Source: Promethearchaeota archaeon (GTDB lineage: Archaea; Asgardarchaeota; Lokiarchaeia; Sigyniarchaeales; SOKP01). From it: a stretch of 64,000 nucleotides of DNA. Within the stretch, counting starts at the first letter, position 1. Each line of letters opens with the position of its first letter. The position numbers and the translations under genes are program-made. Location of the stretch: positions 61,461-125,460 of the forward strand of contig JAHLWS010000026.1 of NCBI GenBank assembly GCA_019057795.1. The letters run 5' to 3'. The notes below the pieces were generated by a model that saw nothing but the letters and a program-made list of their open reading frames with translations, was not told where the DNA came from and did not search any database. Positions 39,116-49,923 of this stretch are shown in pieces.

Positions 39116-41230
39116 TTATAATAATACACTTTCATTAATAAAAATTCTTTTAGCGAAAAATAAACCTTTGATATTTTCATAAAGAATTTCGAAATCTTTA
39201 GTAAAATTTTGAATAAATTCCATATTTGTATTACTTTTATTAAACAGAACATATTCACAGTTCAATTGATTAAAATCTTCTTTGAATTTGGAATAATTTA
39301 ACTCTGCTGTAAAATTATAATAATTCTTTTCTAAATTCACATCCATAATAAGAGAGTAAATTGTTTTAGATGGGAGGTCCTCCAATAAGATTCCCTTTTT
39401 AACATTTAATGGATTATCATAAAAATAATCTCCAACAAATAACATTGTCTCAGCTTGGTAATCGTTAAATCTAACATTGTGTTCTATACTACCAATATTT
39501 ATAAGAAATGTAAATGAGCATGTAAAAATAATTAGAGCTATTTTAAATCTTTTAAGTGATGTTTTCAGCTTTAGAGAAGGGTTGCTAAAAATTTTCAATT
39601 TTTTACATTTCTTTTCGATTGTAAATAAAATATAATTAAAGGAGAAAACAAAAATAAGTGCCCAATAACCCCCAAATAATTCAAAAACTCTATTTTTATA
39701 ATAATAATAGAATTTATATAAACTTTGAAAGATATCAATTTCAATAAAATAAAAAAGCCTAAAAAGTGCTAAAATCAAAAATGACAAGACAAATGTCATT
39801 GTAATAAAGTCAAGTAAATAATCACTCTCTTTATCGAACTTATTATACTTATTAAATTTGATAAAAACTCCTATTATTATAAAAATTAATCCAATTTGAA
39901 TAGTGTAATCGTAAAAATTTTCAAGTAATAAAAAAAAAAAAATCTGCTGGAAGAATTTATATACGAAAAAGTATATTGAATATTTCATTATCCAGACGCC
40001 CATTTCTCTAAAGATGGGGCCAAATATTGTAAAATATAATGAATTAGGATTGAAAAGCATTAGATTGGGTATTATTAAAAAATAAGCCTCAATTACAGAA
40101 TAACCAAGATGAATATAGGACCCGATAAGAAATGGCAGCATAAATATTATAAAATATATAAAAATTGACATATAATTGATAAAAAATTTAGCCAGCATTC
40201 GAAATTTCGAAATATTAGGATCTAATTTATGTTTTATATTTAAAAGTAATATGTAGAATTCATACATCATGAAAAAGATTATATACATAAGACCATAGAG
40301 AGGATGCATTAGTGTTATTCCAACAAATAATAATCCCTTAAAAATATTTTTTTTACTTCTTAAGCAATGAGCAAAGAAACTATTTAATTTAAGATATTCC
40401 TTATCCATATTTTTCATCCAATCCTCTCCTATAAATAGCAAATATAAAAACCCTAATGTCGATGCTAAAATCGATGGTAAACTCATATTACTGCGTTGGA
40501 ATATATAATTAAATCCTAAATATATCAATAAAGTAAAGATGACATTAAGATCATTCTCAAAAAGGTTTTTAGAAATTATAAAAACGACAAATATGTTTAT
40601 AGATAATATGAAAATTGGAAGATATTTTAAGAAAAAATAAATAATGTAATAATCATCAATAAAGGATATCATTGTAGAACAAGATAATATAAATCCAGGT
40701 GTATATGCTTTAAGTTGTGAGTAATTTAAGAATCCGTATTTATGAATATAAATAATTTCATTAAACCAAGAGAATGGATCAGACGCTGAATATGAAAGAA
40801 AGCTATTGATAAAATATAGTTGAAAACTATAATATAAGAAAAATGTGATTACCAGAATAATAATATTATTTTTATTTTTCGCAATAAACTTTGAAATATG
40901 ATTTCGGTTAAAAGCTTTAAAAATTCTACTTAATAAAAAATATTTTTTATAAGACCCGTAAATCAAATAGCATATATCAAAAACTATAAACGGCAAATAA
41001 ACCGTAAAAAAATTAAATATTTGTAAATATACGATGATAACGGCATAAATTAGATGAAGAGACAATCCTATCGCAAAACTTTTTAATAATAATTTAAGTT
41101 TTTGATTATCTTCTCTTAATTCATTTTTTGCTATTAAAAGTAAAATCGAATGACCAAATAAAGACACAATTGTAAAATATATTAAGAAAATCAGTGAACT
41201 AATCAAAAAATAAACAATATTAGAATCCAT
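39116..41230 (-). CDS. polytopic membrane protein, GT-C fold-like
   Basis: Many TM helices; SDPFSW...YTPGF loop; HP motif; soluble C-terminal domain. Confidence 0.6.
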   Translation of the reverse strand: MDSNIVYFLISSLIFLIYFTIVSLFGHSILLLIAKNELREDNQKLKLLLKSFAIGLSLHLIYAVIIVYLQIFNFFTVYLPFIVFDICYLIYGSYKKYFLLSRIFKAFNRNHISKFIAKNKNNIIILVITFFLYYSFQLYFINSFLSYSASDPFSWFNEIIYIHKYGFLNYSQLKAYTPGFILSCSTMISFIDDYYIIYFFLKYLPIFILSINIFVVFIISKNLFENDLNVIFTLLIYLGFNYIFQRSNMSLPSILASTLGFLYLLFIGEDWMKNMDKEYLKLNSFFAHCLRSKKNIFKGLLFVGITLMHPLYGLMYIIFFMMYEFYILLLNIKHKLDPNISKFRMLAKFFINYMSIFIYFIIFMLPFLIGSYIHLGYSVIEAYFLIIPNLMLFNPNSLYFTIFGPIFREMGVWIMKYSIYFFVYKFFQQIFFFLLLENFYDYTIQIGLIFIIIGVFIKFNKYNKFDKESDYLLDFITMTFVLSFLILALFRLFYFIEIDIFQSLYKFYYYYKNRVFELFGGYWALIFVFSFNYILFTIEKKCKKLKIFSNPSLKLKTSLKRFKIALIIFTCSFTFLINIGSIEHNVRFNDYQAETMLFVGDYFYDNPLNVKKGILLEDLPSKTIYSLIMDVNLEKNYYNFTAELNYSKFKEDFNQLNCEYVLFNKSNTNMEFIQNFTKDFEILYENIKGLFFAKRIFINESVLL

Positions 41231-41625
41231 AATTTTAACAAGACAATATATTACTTATCATATAATAATAGAATCAAATGTAATGTTGAATTTAATTTAT
41301 TTTTTTCTAAAAATTGTGATGTTATTTTTAATTTTTAAAATCTTTAGATTATATCATTAAAGTTTTGTTTTAAAATGATATTTTCATAAATTATATAGCG
41401 CATTTAATTATGTTTTATTAAACCAGAAATTAAAAAATACTTATAACCACATTTTTATATAATTTTAGTACATTTCTGTTTAACCCTTCCTTAGAAAGAA
41501 CATGGTGAAGGATTTACCAAAATTATTTAAATCAATAATTATTAAAATTCAAAAAGCTTTTCTAAAGAGATTTTTAATAAGTAATTAAAAATTAATTAAT
41601 TTAAAATAACTCTATAAAGAATGTA

Positions 41626-42750
41626 ATGAAGAAAAAGATACTAATTATCATTCCTTCCTTAGATGTCGGTGGAGGGGCTGAGAAGATTGCGGCTTCATTA
41701 ACTAATAGATTATCTGAAAAATTTAAAATTTACATTTTAACTTTTTATAAGTCTAAAAATATTTATCCATATAAAGGAGTTTATATTACGCTTAAGCAAA
41801 ATTTAAAAACTTGGCAAAAATTATTTTTACCTTTTAAAATTTATAAGAAAATAAAGAGTATTGCTCCAGATATTATAATTTCTTTTATGGATTATACAAG
41901 TATCATTACTTTTTTCACGAAATTTATATTTCAAATTAAAGTTCCGTTAATTGTATGTAGTCATACTAATCCGATAATCGCATATAGAAACAAATTATGG
42001 TATCTCAAATTTTTCATAAAACTAGTTTATCCATTAAAATGGATTAATAAAATCGTTACAGTGTCGCTCGGAACCCAATATATGTTTGAAAAGATTTTTA
42101 AAATTAAACATAATAAAATAAAGACAATCTATAACGGAATTAATATTAACGAGATTCAAAAATTAAAAAATGAAAAGGTTTCAGATTATAACAATATTTT
42201 TTACAATAATGATGTAATTAAATTTATTACTATCGGCAGTTTACGAAAAGTGAAGGGACATGATTCTCTTATTAATTCCTATTTAAGTGTTAAAAATCAT
42301 CTTCCAAATTCGAAATTAATTATTATTGGAGATGGTCCCCTAAGAAAAGAATTAGAACAACTTATAGAAAAGTTAGCATTAAAAGACGATGTTCTTTTAA
42401 TGGGCTTAAGAAAAAATCCTTATAAATACATGGCAAAATCGGATATCTTTGTATTATCCTCTAAATACGAAGGTTTTCCAAATGTGCTACTAGAGGCATT
42501 GGCATGTGGGCTGCCAATCATCTCAACTGACTGTGAAACAGGCCCAAGAGAAATTCTAGATCATGGTAAGTATGGATTACTAGTAGATGAAAACAATTTC
42601 GACGATTTAATAAATAATATGCTACTTTTAGCCAAAAACCAGGATTTAATGAAAAAATATTCTATTTTATCATTAGAAAGAGCAGAATATTTTGATTTTA
42701 ACCATGTCTCAGGAAAGTGGATAAAGTTTCTCGAAACTCAATTTAAATAA
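41626..42750 (+). CDS. GT4 family glycosyltransferase (PglJ/WabH-like)
   Basis: GGGAEK, NPYKYM, EGFPNVLLEA; paralog of 31937..33061. Confidence 0.93.
   Translation: MKKKILIIIPSLDVGGGAEKIAASLTNRLSEKFKIYILTFYKSKNIYPYKGVYITLKQNLKTWQKLFLPFKIYKKIKSIAPDIIISFMDYTSIITFFTKFIFQIKVPLIVCSHTNPIIAYRNKLWYLKFFIKLVYPLKWINKIVTVSLGTQYMFEKIFKIKHNKIKTIYNGININEIQKLKNEKVSDYNNIFYNNDVIKFITIGSLRKVKGHDSLINSYLSVKNHLPNSKLIIIGDGPLRKELEQLIEKLALKDDVLLMGLRKNPYKYMAKSDIFVLSSKYEGFPNVLLEALACGLPIISTDCETGPREILDHGKYGLLVDENNFDDLINNMLLLAKNQDLMKKYSILSLERAEYFDFNHVSGKWIKFLETQFK
42298..42561 (+). repeat. 264-bp repeat, inverted copy at 44392-44655
   Basis: Manual codon alignment gives 20 mismatches in 264 bp, no gaps, including a 50-bp exact run (42307-42356). 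Confidence 0.9.
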
Positions 42751-42853
42751 ATAATTATCTTTACTATTTATAACATAATAAATAGTTTCCAATGAGTTAT
42801 GTTTTTTTCATGTGGCACTCCCTTTTATACTATTTCTTAAATCCCATAAAATC

Positions 42854-42973
42854 ATGAAGAAATTTCAAACATTAAGGGACTTTCCTAGTTATAAAGAGTT
42901 AGTCGGATTATATAAAAAGAAGAAAAGCAATAAGCTCAAGGAAAGATATCAAGCTCTCATTTTGTATAATTAA
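42854..42973 (+). pseudogene. IS630-family transposase N-terminal remnant
   Basis: MKKFQTLRDFPSYKELVGLYKKKKSNKLKERYQALILYN* resembles the EL..LYK.E.....KERxQAI.L start of IS630 transposases; candidate end ATAGTTTCC at 42782. Confidence 0.55.
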
Positions 42974-43033
42974 ATTTAAAATGGTAATTTCTTTAAAAAA
43001 TTCATTAACTCAAATTTTATAAAAAGCAAGACA

Positions 43034-44161
43034 TTGAATGTTGATTTAATAATACCCTCTTTTTCATCTAACCTTAAGAAATATCCTATTCCTTTCTATA
43101 GATTGAATCAGCACTGGTTTCCGGTCTGGTATTTTTTAAAAGATTTGGAAAAAAAAGGAATTAAAATTCGATTTCTGAACTATTTTAATTTCCGCAACAA
43201 GAAATTATCTAAAATAGTTGGAATTGATAATATGATTATTCAACATTTAATTAAAAAAAACAGTCACTTTGGCACACCATTAAATAAAGAACTATTATTG
43301 TTTCTTAAACAATTAAAGAAAAGGGTAGATTATTTAATATGGTTTGACACAAATGACAGTACAGGAAATACACAATTTGAGGTCTTACCATATGTTAATA
43401 GTTATTTAAAAAAGCAACTACTCAAGAATAAGACATTATATACAAGAAAATATTATGGAGATACAATTTATATTGATTATTATGCTCGAAATTACGATCT
43501 AAAGGGATCTATGATTTCATTTCCACTCGATCTAAAATATAAACAGAAAATTAATATCTCTTGGAACTATGGATTATCTGATTATCGCTTTTCGAACCAA
43601 ATTACTAGAATTTTTAATTCTTTTTCAAGAAAAATGAACTTAAAATATATTAAACCTAGTTTAAGTCGAAGGATTCTATTAAACGCAAACTTTTCGGCAA
43701 ATCCATCTTTTAAATTAAGATATTTTCAACGCCAATCTCTTTCCGAGCTCCTTATTAAGAAATTTAAAACTAACAAGAAATTTTCATTTGGATATCTACC
43801 TAAAAAGATTTATATAAATAATCTAAAAAATTCAAAATCAGTTTTAAGTCCTTTTGGCTTAGGAGAAGTATGTTTTCGCGACTTTGAAACCTTTATCGCG
43901 GGTGCTGCTTTAATAAAACCAGATATGGAACATTTAGAAACATGGCCTAATATTTTCAAAAAAAATATAAATTATATATCAATCCCATGGAGAATTGAGG
44001 ATTTTGAAAATAGGATATCTGAGATATTATCAGATTCGGAATTTCTTTTTAAAATCGCCTGTAATGGACAGAAAGCATATAAAAAATTATGGACAGCTGA
44101 AGGAAGAAAATTTTTCTGTGAACATTTTATTAAGATTATTACCCCAAAAGGTTATTTTTAA
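43034..44161 (+). CDS. GT-B glycosyltransferase-like protein (Glyco_trans_1_2/CgeB-like C-terminus)
   Basis: D..DSTG, SPFG.GE.C.RDFE....GA.L.KP, KIA.NGQ. Confidence 0.7.
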   Translation: MNVDLIIPSFSSNLKKYPIPFYRLNQHWFPVWYFLKDLEKKGIKIRFLNYFNFRNKKLSKIVGIDNMIIQHLIKKNSHFGTPLNKELLLFLKQLKKRVDYLIWFDTNDSTGNTQFEVLPYVNSYLKKQLLKNKTLYTRKYYGDTIYIDYYARNYDLKGSMISFPLDLKYKQKINISWNYGLSDYRFSNQITRIFNSFSRKMNLKYIKPSLSRRILLNANFSANPSFKLRYFQRQSLSELLIKKFKTNKKFSFGYLPKKIYINNLKNSKSVLSPFGLGEVCFRDFETFIAGAALIKPDMEHLETWPNIFKKNINYISIPWRIEDFENRISEILSDSEFLFKIACNGQKAYKKLWTAEGRKFFCEHFIKIITPKGYF

Positions 44162-44178
44162 TTAAACTTGTTTTAATT

Positions 44179-45351
44179 TTAAGAATGATTGAGATTACCT
44201 GATAATTTTATTTCGTTTTCAATTAAAATAATCCATTCTTTCAAAGATTTCTTAATATCAAAATTTTCAGCTCTTTTAATTGATAATTTAGATAAATCTT
44301 CTAACAGAGGGGTATTATTTGCAAGGTTTATCATTTTTTCTGCTAAATCATTAATATCCATAACTTTTGCTAAAAGCCCATAACGGCCATTATCTAAAAT
44401 TTCTCTTGGTCCTGTTTCACAGTCAGTTGAGATAATTGGCAGCCCACATGCTAATGCTTCTAATAATACAATTGGAAATCCTTCATTTTTAGAGGATAAT
44501 ACAAAGATATCTGATTTTGCCATATATTTATAAGGATTTTTTCTTAAGCCCATTAAAAGAACTTCATTTTTTAATGCTAACTTTTCTATTAGTTGCTCTA
44601 ATTCTTTTCTTAGGGGACCATCTCCAATAATAATTAATTTCGAATTAGGAAGATGGACCTTTACTTTTGAGAAAGCTTTAATAAGATAATCATGCCCTTT
44701 CTCTACTCTTAATCTACCAACAATAATAAATTTTATTAAATTCTCATTATAAAAGATATCCCTATGTCCAGAGATTTTATCTTTTTTCATATTATTAATT
44801 TTCTTAATATCTATCGCATTATTAATAACTTTTAATTTGTGTGCTTCAATTCCATAAAAATCTATTAATTTATCTTTTACTCTTTTAGAAATTGATACTA
44901 TCCTATTAACTATTTTAATTGGATATAAAATCTTTATTAAATAATTCATATAACTCATGTTGTCTTTAAATTGCATTTTTGGATTACATACTACAGAAAT
45001 AATTAATGGTACTTTTAATCTGAATAAAAATTTCGTAATAATAGCATAAATATTGACTAATTCCATAAAAGATATTACAATATCTGGAGAGAATGATTTA
45101 ATCGACATATAGATTCTAAAATATCTAATAAATAGATGAATTTTGAATAAACTGAAACTTTTCTGAATAAATCCTTGATTTTCTCGAAGAGAATAATACT
45201 TTCCATCATAAGGGTATATATTTTTAAAGTCATGAATGGTCAAGATTAAAAATTTATACTTTGACGATAATTTCTGAGATAAAGTAGATACAGTATTCTC
45301 GACACCTCCACCATATCTTAAAGACTGCAATAAAAATAAAACCTTTTTCAT
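44179..45351 (-). CDS. GT4 family glycosyltransferase (PglJ/WabH-like)
   Basis: GGGVE, GRL..EKG, NPYKYM, EGFP.VLLEA; third paralog. Confidence 0.93.
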   Translation of the reverse strand: MKKVLFLLQSLRYGGGVENTVSTLSQKLSSKYKFLILTIHDFKNIYPYDGKYYSLRENQGFIQKSFSLFKIHLFIRYFRIYMSIKSFSPDIVISFMELVNIYAIITKFLFRLKVPLIISVVCNPKMQFKDNMSYMNYLIKILYPIKIVNRIVSISKRVKDKLIDFYGIEAHKLKVINNAIDIKKINNMKKDKISGHRDIFYNENLIKFIIVGRLRVEKGHDYLIKAFSKVKVHLPNSKLIIIGDGPLRKELEQLIEKLALKNEVLLMGLRKNPYKYMAKSDIFVLSSKNEGFPIVLLEALACGLPIISTDCETGPREILDNGRYGLLAKVMDINDLAEKMINLANNTPLLEDLSKLSIKRAENFDIKKSLKEWIILIENEIKLSGNLNHS

Positions 45352-45641
45352 TTAAACCCAAAATTATTGATTAATTTTTTTTTAAAATTAAGCTGTTTAA
45401 AGTTTGTATTATTTTAAATATTAAAAATAAAAATTTTTCATATCATTTGATAATATCGTTTAATTTATCTACAGTCTAAGAATATAAAAAAATCTTTATC
45501 ATATAGGATTTGCTTTTATTTCATTTTTAATCACTATTATTTTAAAAACTATTCTACTAATTTAAATCTCCTAAAACATAATGATTTTAATTATTCTTAT
45601 ACGAAATAAATAAAAAATGATTTTGTAACTGATTATAATGA

Positions 45642-47600
45642 TTAACTATGTACTCTATATAAAGAAAATTGAGTAGTGTTGATTAATAAACCACTGGTAT
45701 AGGAAGGATAACTTATATGCTTTTTCCACATTTCTGGTATTTCTGAATTATTAAATATGAAATATCGTGCAAAATTTTTTACAGCAAAAGTGTAAAATTT
45801 ACCTATATTAGCAAATTCACTTAAATTATAACCTATTAAATCCATTTCATTTATTATGTTATGAATATCATCTTTTTCGGGTAATGGATAACAAATAATA
45901 GAATTTGGTTCCAAATTTCCTTTAATATATAACGTGATTTCTACATAATCATCACAATAATTATAATCATATACGGGTAATTCTCTAGTAATTTTTAATG
46001 ATGAAATATTTATGAAAAGAATTATTAATACAATAGATTCCAATTTTATAAGATTTGAATAAGGTTTATATTTATTTAAAATCCGATTATAAGATTTTAA
46101 TTTTGTAGTAAGATAATTTGTAATTCTTCTGGATATTTCAAGAACCCATACGAAAAAAAAGATTGCCATAATTATTATTGGTAAAGCAAAAGTTTCTAAA
46201 GTTCTCCATTTGAAGCTATCAATAAAATCCAAATTATAAATAAAGAATGGAATAAGATGATTAATTAAAACAATTAATACAGGCACACTGAAAATAATAA
46301 TTTTTTTTTTCCTTTTAAATAAAAATAAAAAAAGACCGAAAAATGAAGCGATAAAGAAATTGTCTATTGAATGTATACCTATATTCTGAAATCTGTCCAA
46401 TAATTGTCTATCTATGAAAAGAACAAGAAAATCATAGAAGGGTATTTTTATAAGGTTGAGTTTTTTATACTCTACACTCGTGTAAGTAAAAAAATTTTTA
46501 AATCTTGGATCTGCTATAATATTTTCATACCAAATAGTAATATTAAAAATTTCATCTGGATAATTAAGCATATATGGTAATAATACGATTATTAAGATAA
46601 TTACCATGAAAGAAATTGAGAGAAACCCTTTAAAAATTAAATTACGATTACGAATATTTGATAAAAATTTGATAAGAAAATAAATAAATAAAACTGGTAA
46701 AAAATAAAATAAAGTTAAAGGATGGATCAAAAAAATAGCAGCAATAAAGAATCCAAGAATGTAATATGGATATCCTTTTAATATTACAAGAAAGGAAATT
46801 AATATTATAATTGAAGCTAATGTGGAAGCAATGTTTAAAATATTTCTTGATAGAAAGTAATTTGAGACAAGAAGTAATAGAAGAGATAAAAATATAAGAT
46901 AATTCTTTTTAAAAATATCTTTTAGTATAAAAAAAGAAACTATAACATAGAAAAATAAATAATAAATAGAAGCCATTTTCATGAAAAAATATATTATTAG
47001 ATAATCAGACCAAATTAATACAAACCCTGAAGTAACAAAAGCAAATCCAGAAGGGTATCCAAATCCTAGCTTATAAGATGTAATAGTACCATTTTCTAAT
47101 AAATAATAAATATTTCCAAGCCAAACATAAGGATCTCTCCTTATTAATCCAAGTGATTCAGTTATTATCTCCCAGTATAATAAAAAGGATAAAATTAGAA
47201 TAAATAAAACAATAAATATTGAAATTAATAAATTTTTATTTATAAAAAAATCTCTAAAATTTCTTTTATTGCAATATCTATGCAATATTTTCTTATATTT
47301 AATTAAATAATAAATCATAAACGCAATATCAAAAACAAAAATACAAATATAAGCTGTAAGAAAATTGAATGATTTATAAAAACTCAAGAGATATCCATAA
47401 CTTACATATATTGAAATACCTATACCAAAAGATATTAAAAGACGCTCCAATAATAGATAAGGTTGTTTTATAACTTCTCCTTCTCTTTTTTTACCAATAA
47501 TAAATAAGAAAAAATATCCAAAAATTGAGATAATGAAAAAGAACAAAATAAAAGATAAACCAACATAAAAAAACGCAATTAAGAAATCAATTTCATTCAT
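45642..47600 (-). CDS. polytopic membrane protein, GT-C fold-like
   Basis: SFGIG, RDPYVW...YPSGF, IHP; paralogous layout to 39116..41230. Confidence 0.6.
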   Translation of the reverse strand: MNEIDFLIAFFYVGLSFILFFFIISIFGYFFLFIIGKKREGEVIKQPYLLLERLLISFGIGISIYVSYGYLLSFYKSFNFLTAYICIFVFDIAFMIYYLIKYKKILHRYCNKRNFRDFFINKNLLISIFIVLFILILSFLLYWEIITESLGLIRRDPYVWLGNIYYLLENGTITSYKLGFGYPSGFAFVTSGFVLIWSDYLIIYFFMKMASIYYLFFYVIVSFFILKDIFKKNYLIFLSLLLLLVSNYFLSRNILNIASTLASIIILISFLVILKGYPYYILGFFIAAIFLIHPLTLFYFLPVLFIYFLIKFLSNIRNRNLIFKGFLSISFMVIILIIVLLPYMLNYPDEIFNITIWYENIIADPRFKNFFTYTSVEYKKLNLIKIPFYDFLVLFIDRQLLDRFQNIGIHSIDNFFIASFFGLFLFLFKRKKKIIIFSVPVLIVLINHLIPFFIYNLDFIDSFKWRTLETFALPIIIMAIFFFVWVLEISRRITNYLTTKLKSYNRILNKYKPYSNLIKLESIVLIILFINISSLKITRELPVYDYNYCDDYVEITLYIKGNLEPNSIICYPLPEKDDIHNIINEMDLIGYNLSEFANIGKFYTFAVKNFARYFIFNNSEIPEMWKKHISYPSYTSGLLINTTQFSLYRVHS

Positions 47601-47824
47601 AAAATATACAAATGTGTTTTATTACCTATTAATTTTCATTTAATTATAATATTTAAAACCTTCTTCTATTAATCTCATGTTCTGAAATATTCTAAAAAAT
47701 CTTTAATAGCTTTTAAAGTATCTAATTTAATATTCCTAATCATTTTTTGGAAATAATAAAAATTTTTAAACTGATAACTTACTATTTTAAATAATCATAT
47801 TTTCGCATAATAACAACAAATCTT

Positions 47825-49492
47825 ATGAATAATAAAAATAGCAAATTTTTTATTATTATTTTAGGGGTTTTTTTTTTTGCCGTTATTAGTAATCAGATAT
47901 GTTATTATAGTTTAAGCAATTCTGAATACGGTGTTGTAGATACAAAAGAGAAAAGTGGAAATTCCAATTTTTCAAATTTATTAGATCCTTTTAGTTCGGA
48001 TACAGAAAAAGGAAATCTTTCTTATATTAAAATGCGTTCAATATCCGATCCAGGAGGTATTTTGACAATAAAATACCCCGATAATTATTCTCAAACCTTT
48101 ATCGGTAGTAATTTAACGCTGAATTTTAGACTTAAAGACCTAGATTTTAATGATACTTTAATTTTAGATCCAACAAATCAAGCAAACGCCGTTGTAAAAT
48201 ATAATAAAACTAACGGTATTAAAGAAAATGGAACATTATATAATCAATTAATATTTGAGAATAAATCCAAATCTTATACAGCTATTATAAATACTTCATA
48301 TTTTTCAAAAGAAGGAAACTATACTATTGAAATTAATGTAGATTTACTAGATTATGAGATTATTCCTTATATTTTTAAATTACATTTAATTGATAAGTTT
48401 AATGTATCGATCTCAATATATACTCCTGAAGAAATAATTGCGGGAGAAAAATTAACTCTCTCAATTATCGCATATTACATAAATCAATCGGAACTTTTCA
48501 AATTAGAAGATGCTTTAATAATAGCAACTTTAAAGGTTAATGAAGGAGATTTTATTTATAGTTCACTAAAGAAAACCAATATTAATGGTATTGTAGTATT
48601 CGAGATTCTTCTTCCTTTATATACAAGAAATATATCTTTGGAATTTGAGTTGGTTAGTAATTATAACCATGTAAGTGGTTATTTAAGCACTTCTAATATT
48701 ACTGTTATCACTTATTCAGAATTTATTATTTTATTCATAACTAACCTTATGATAATAATTCTAATTACATTAACTTTGCTTTTGTTTTATTTAAAAATGA
48801 TATTACCAAGAAAACGTGGAAAAATGAAAATTTTGGATGAATATAAGCAGAAATTTGAAGATTTAATGAAATATGAACAAATTTTAATATTAAATAAAGA
48901 TACTAAAAATTTGATATTCGTAAAATCTTATAATAATAAAGAAATTGACAAAGAAATTATTAACTTTTTTAAATCTTCTGAATATTATCTTAAAAACAAT
49001 ATAAAATCTCAAGATTTAATAAAAGAAATCAGTTATAAAAATAAATTTTTACTATTAGTTGATGGAAAATATACAACAACTGGTTTATTATTAAATAAAC
49101 AATCTTCAAACACTCTTAAGAGTCAACTACAAGAGCTTATCCATTATTTTGAAAGTAAATTTAAATATAAATTTGAAAATATGGATGAAGTTACAAACAA
49201 ATTTGATGAAATTGAAAAAATCATCGAAGATAAATTAAATATTTCAAGTATTTTACCCCTTACAATCGAATACGATAAAATTGATAAGGTATTTTTAAAA
49301 AAATCTTATTCATTGGATATTTATGGTATCGCAGATAAATTAATTAAAAAAAAAAGTAAGAATTTTTTCTATTTATCAGAACTTTTTTATGAATTTTCTA
49401 AACAGACTAATAAAGGATTTACTGAATTTTTAATTGCTATCAATGAGTTAAAGAGTAACCGTTTAATAACGCCATTAAGAAAAATTATATAA
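47825..49492 (+). CDS. single-pass surface glycoprotein with a cytoplasmic longin-like domain
   Basis: Signal/anchor, beta-rich ectodomain with 14 N-x-S/T sequons, TM helix plus basic stop-transfer, then a longin-like and a winged-helix-like tail. Confidence 0.6.
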   Translation: MNNKNSKFFIIILGVFFFAVISNQICYYSLSNSEYGVVDTKEKSGNSNFSNLLDPFSSDTEKGNLSYIKMRSISDPGGILTIKYPDNYSQTFIGSNLTLNFRLKDLDFNDTLILDPTNQANAVVKYNKTNGIKENGTLYNQLIFENKSKSYTAIINTSYFSKEGNYTIEINVDLLDYEIIPYIFKLHLIDKFNVSISIYTPEEIIAGEKLTLSIIAYYINQSELFKLEDALIIATLKVNEGDFIYSSLKKTNINGIVVFEILLPLYTRNISLEFELVSNYNHVSGYLSTSNITVITYSEFIILFITNLMIIILITLTLLLFYLKMILPRKRGKMKILDEYKQKFEDLMKYEQILILNKDTKNLIFVKSYNNKEIDKEIINFFKSSEYYLKNNIKSQDLIKEISYKNKFLLLVDGKYTTTGLLLNKQSSNTLKSQLQELIHYFESKFKYKFENMDEVTNKFDEIEKIIEDKLNISSILPLTIEYDKIDKVFLKKSYSLDIYGIADKLIKKKSKNFFYLSELFYEFSKQTNKGFTEFLIAINELKSNRLITPLRKII

Positions 49493-49923
49493 ATAAATAC
49501 TAAGGCTTTCAATCGTTTTAAATATGTTTAAAATTTAATTAAGTAATTACTTAAATTTAAGAAAATCATAATATTATGATTTTAAAATTACAAAGAAATT
49601 GATATATCACTTGTTTATTTAAAATATTAATGAATTAGAAAGAAATAAAAGTTTTTACTTAAATTTTAAACTATTAATAATATCATAAATATTTAAGAAA
49701 ACGCTAAATTCGTTTTTTGATAATTGTTTTATTTATTTCATATTTACATTTTTGACCCTTATTCTAAAACCTTTTAATAGAAATAAATTTAATTTATAGG
49801 ATATCTTATTTAAACTAAACCCCATTCAAACAACTTTATATTAAATAATTTAAATATAATATGTAATACTTCGATATTAAAAAAATCATTAAAATTTATT
49901 AAAAATCTAGCAGGTTAAGACGG

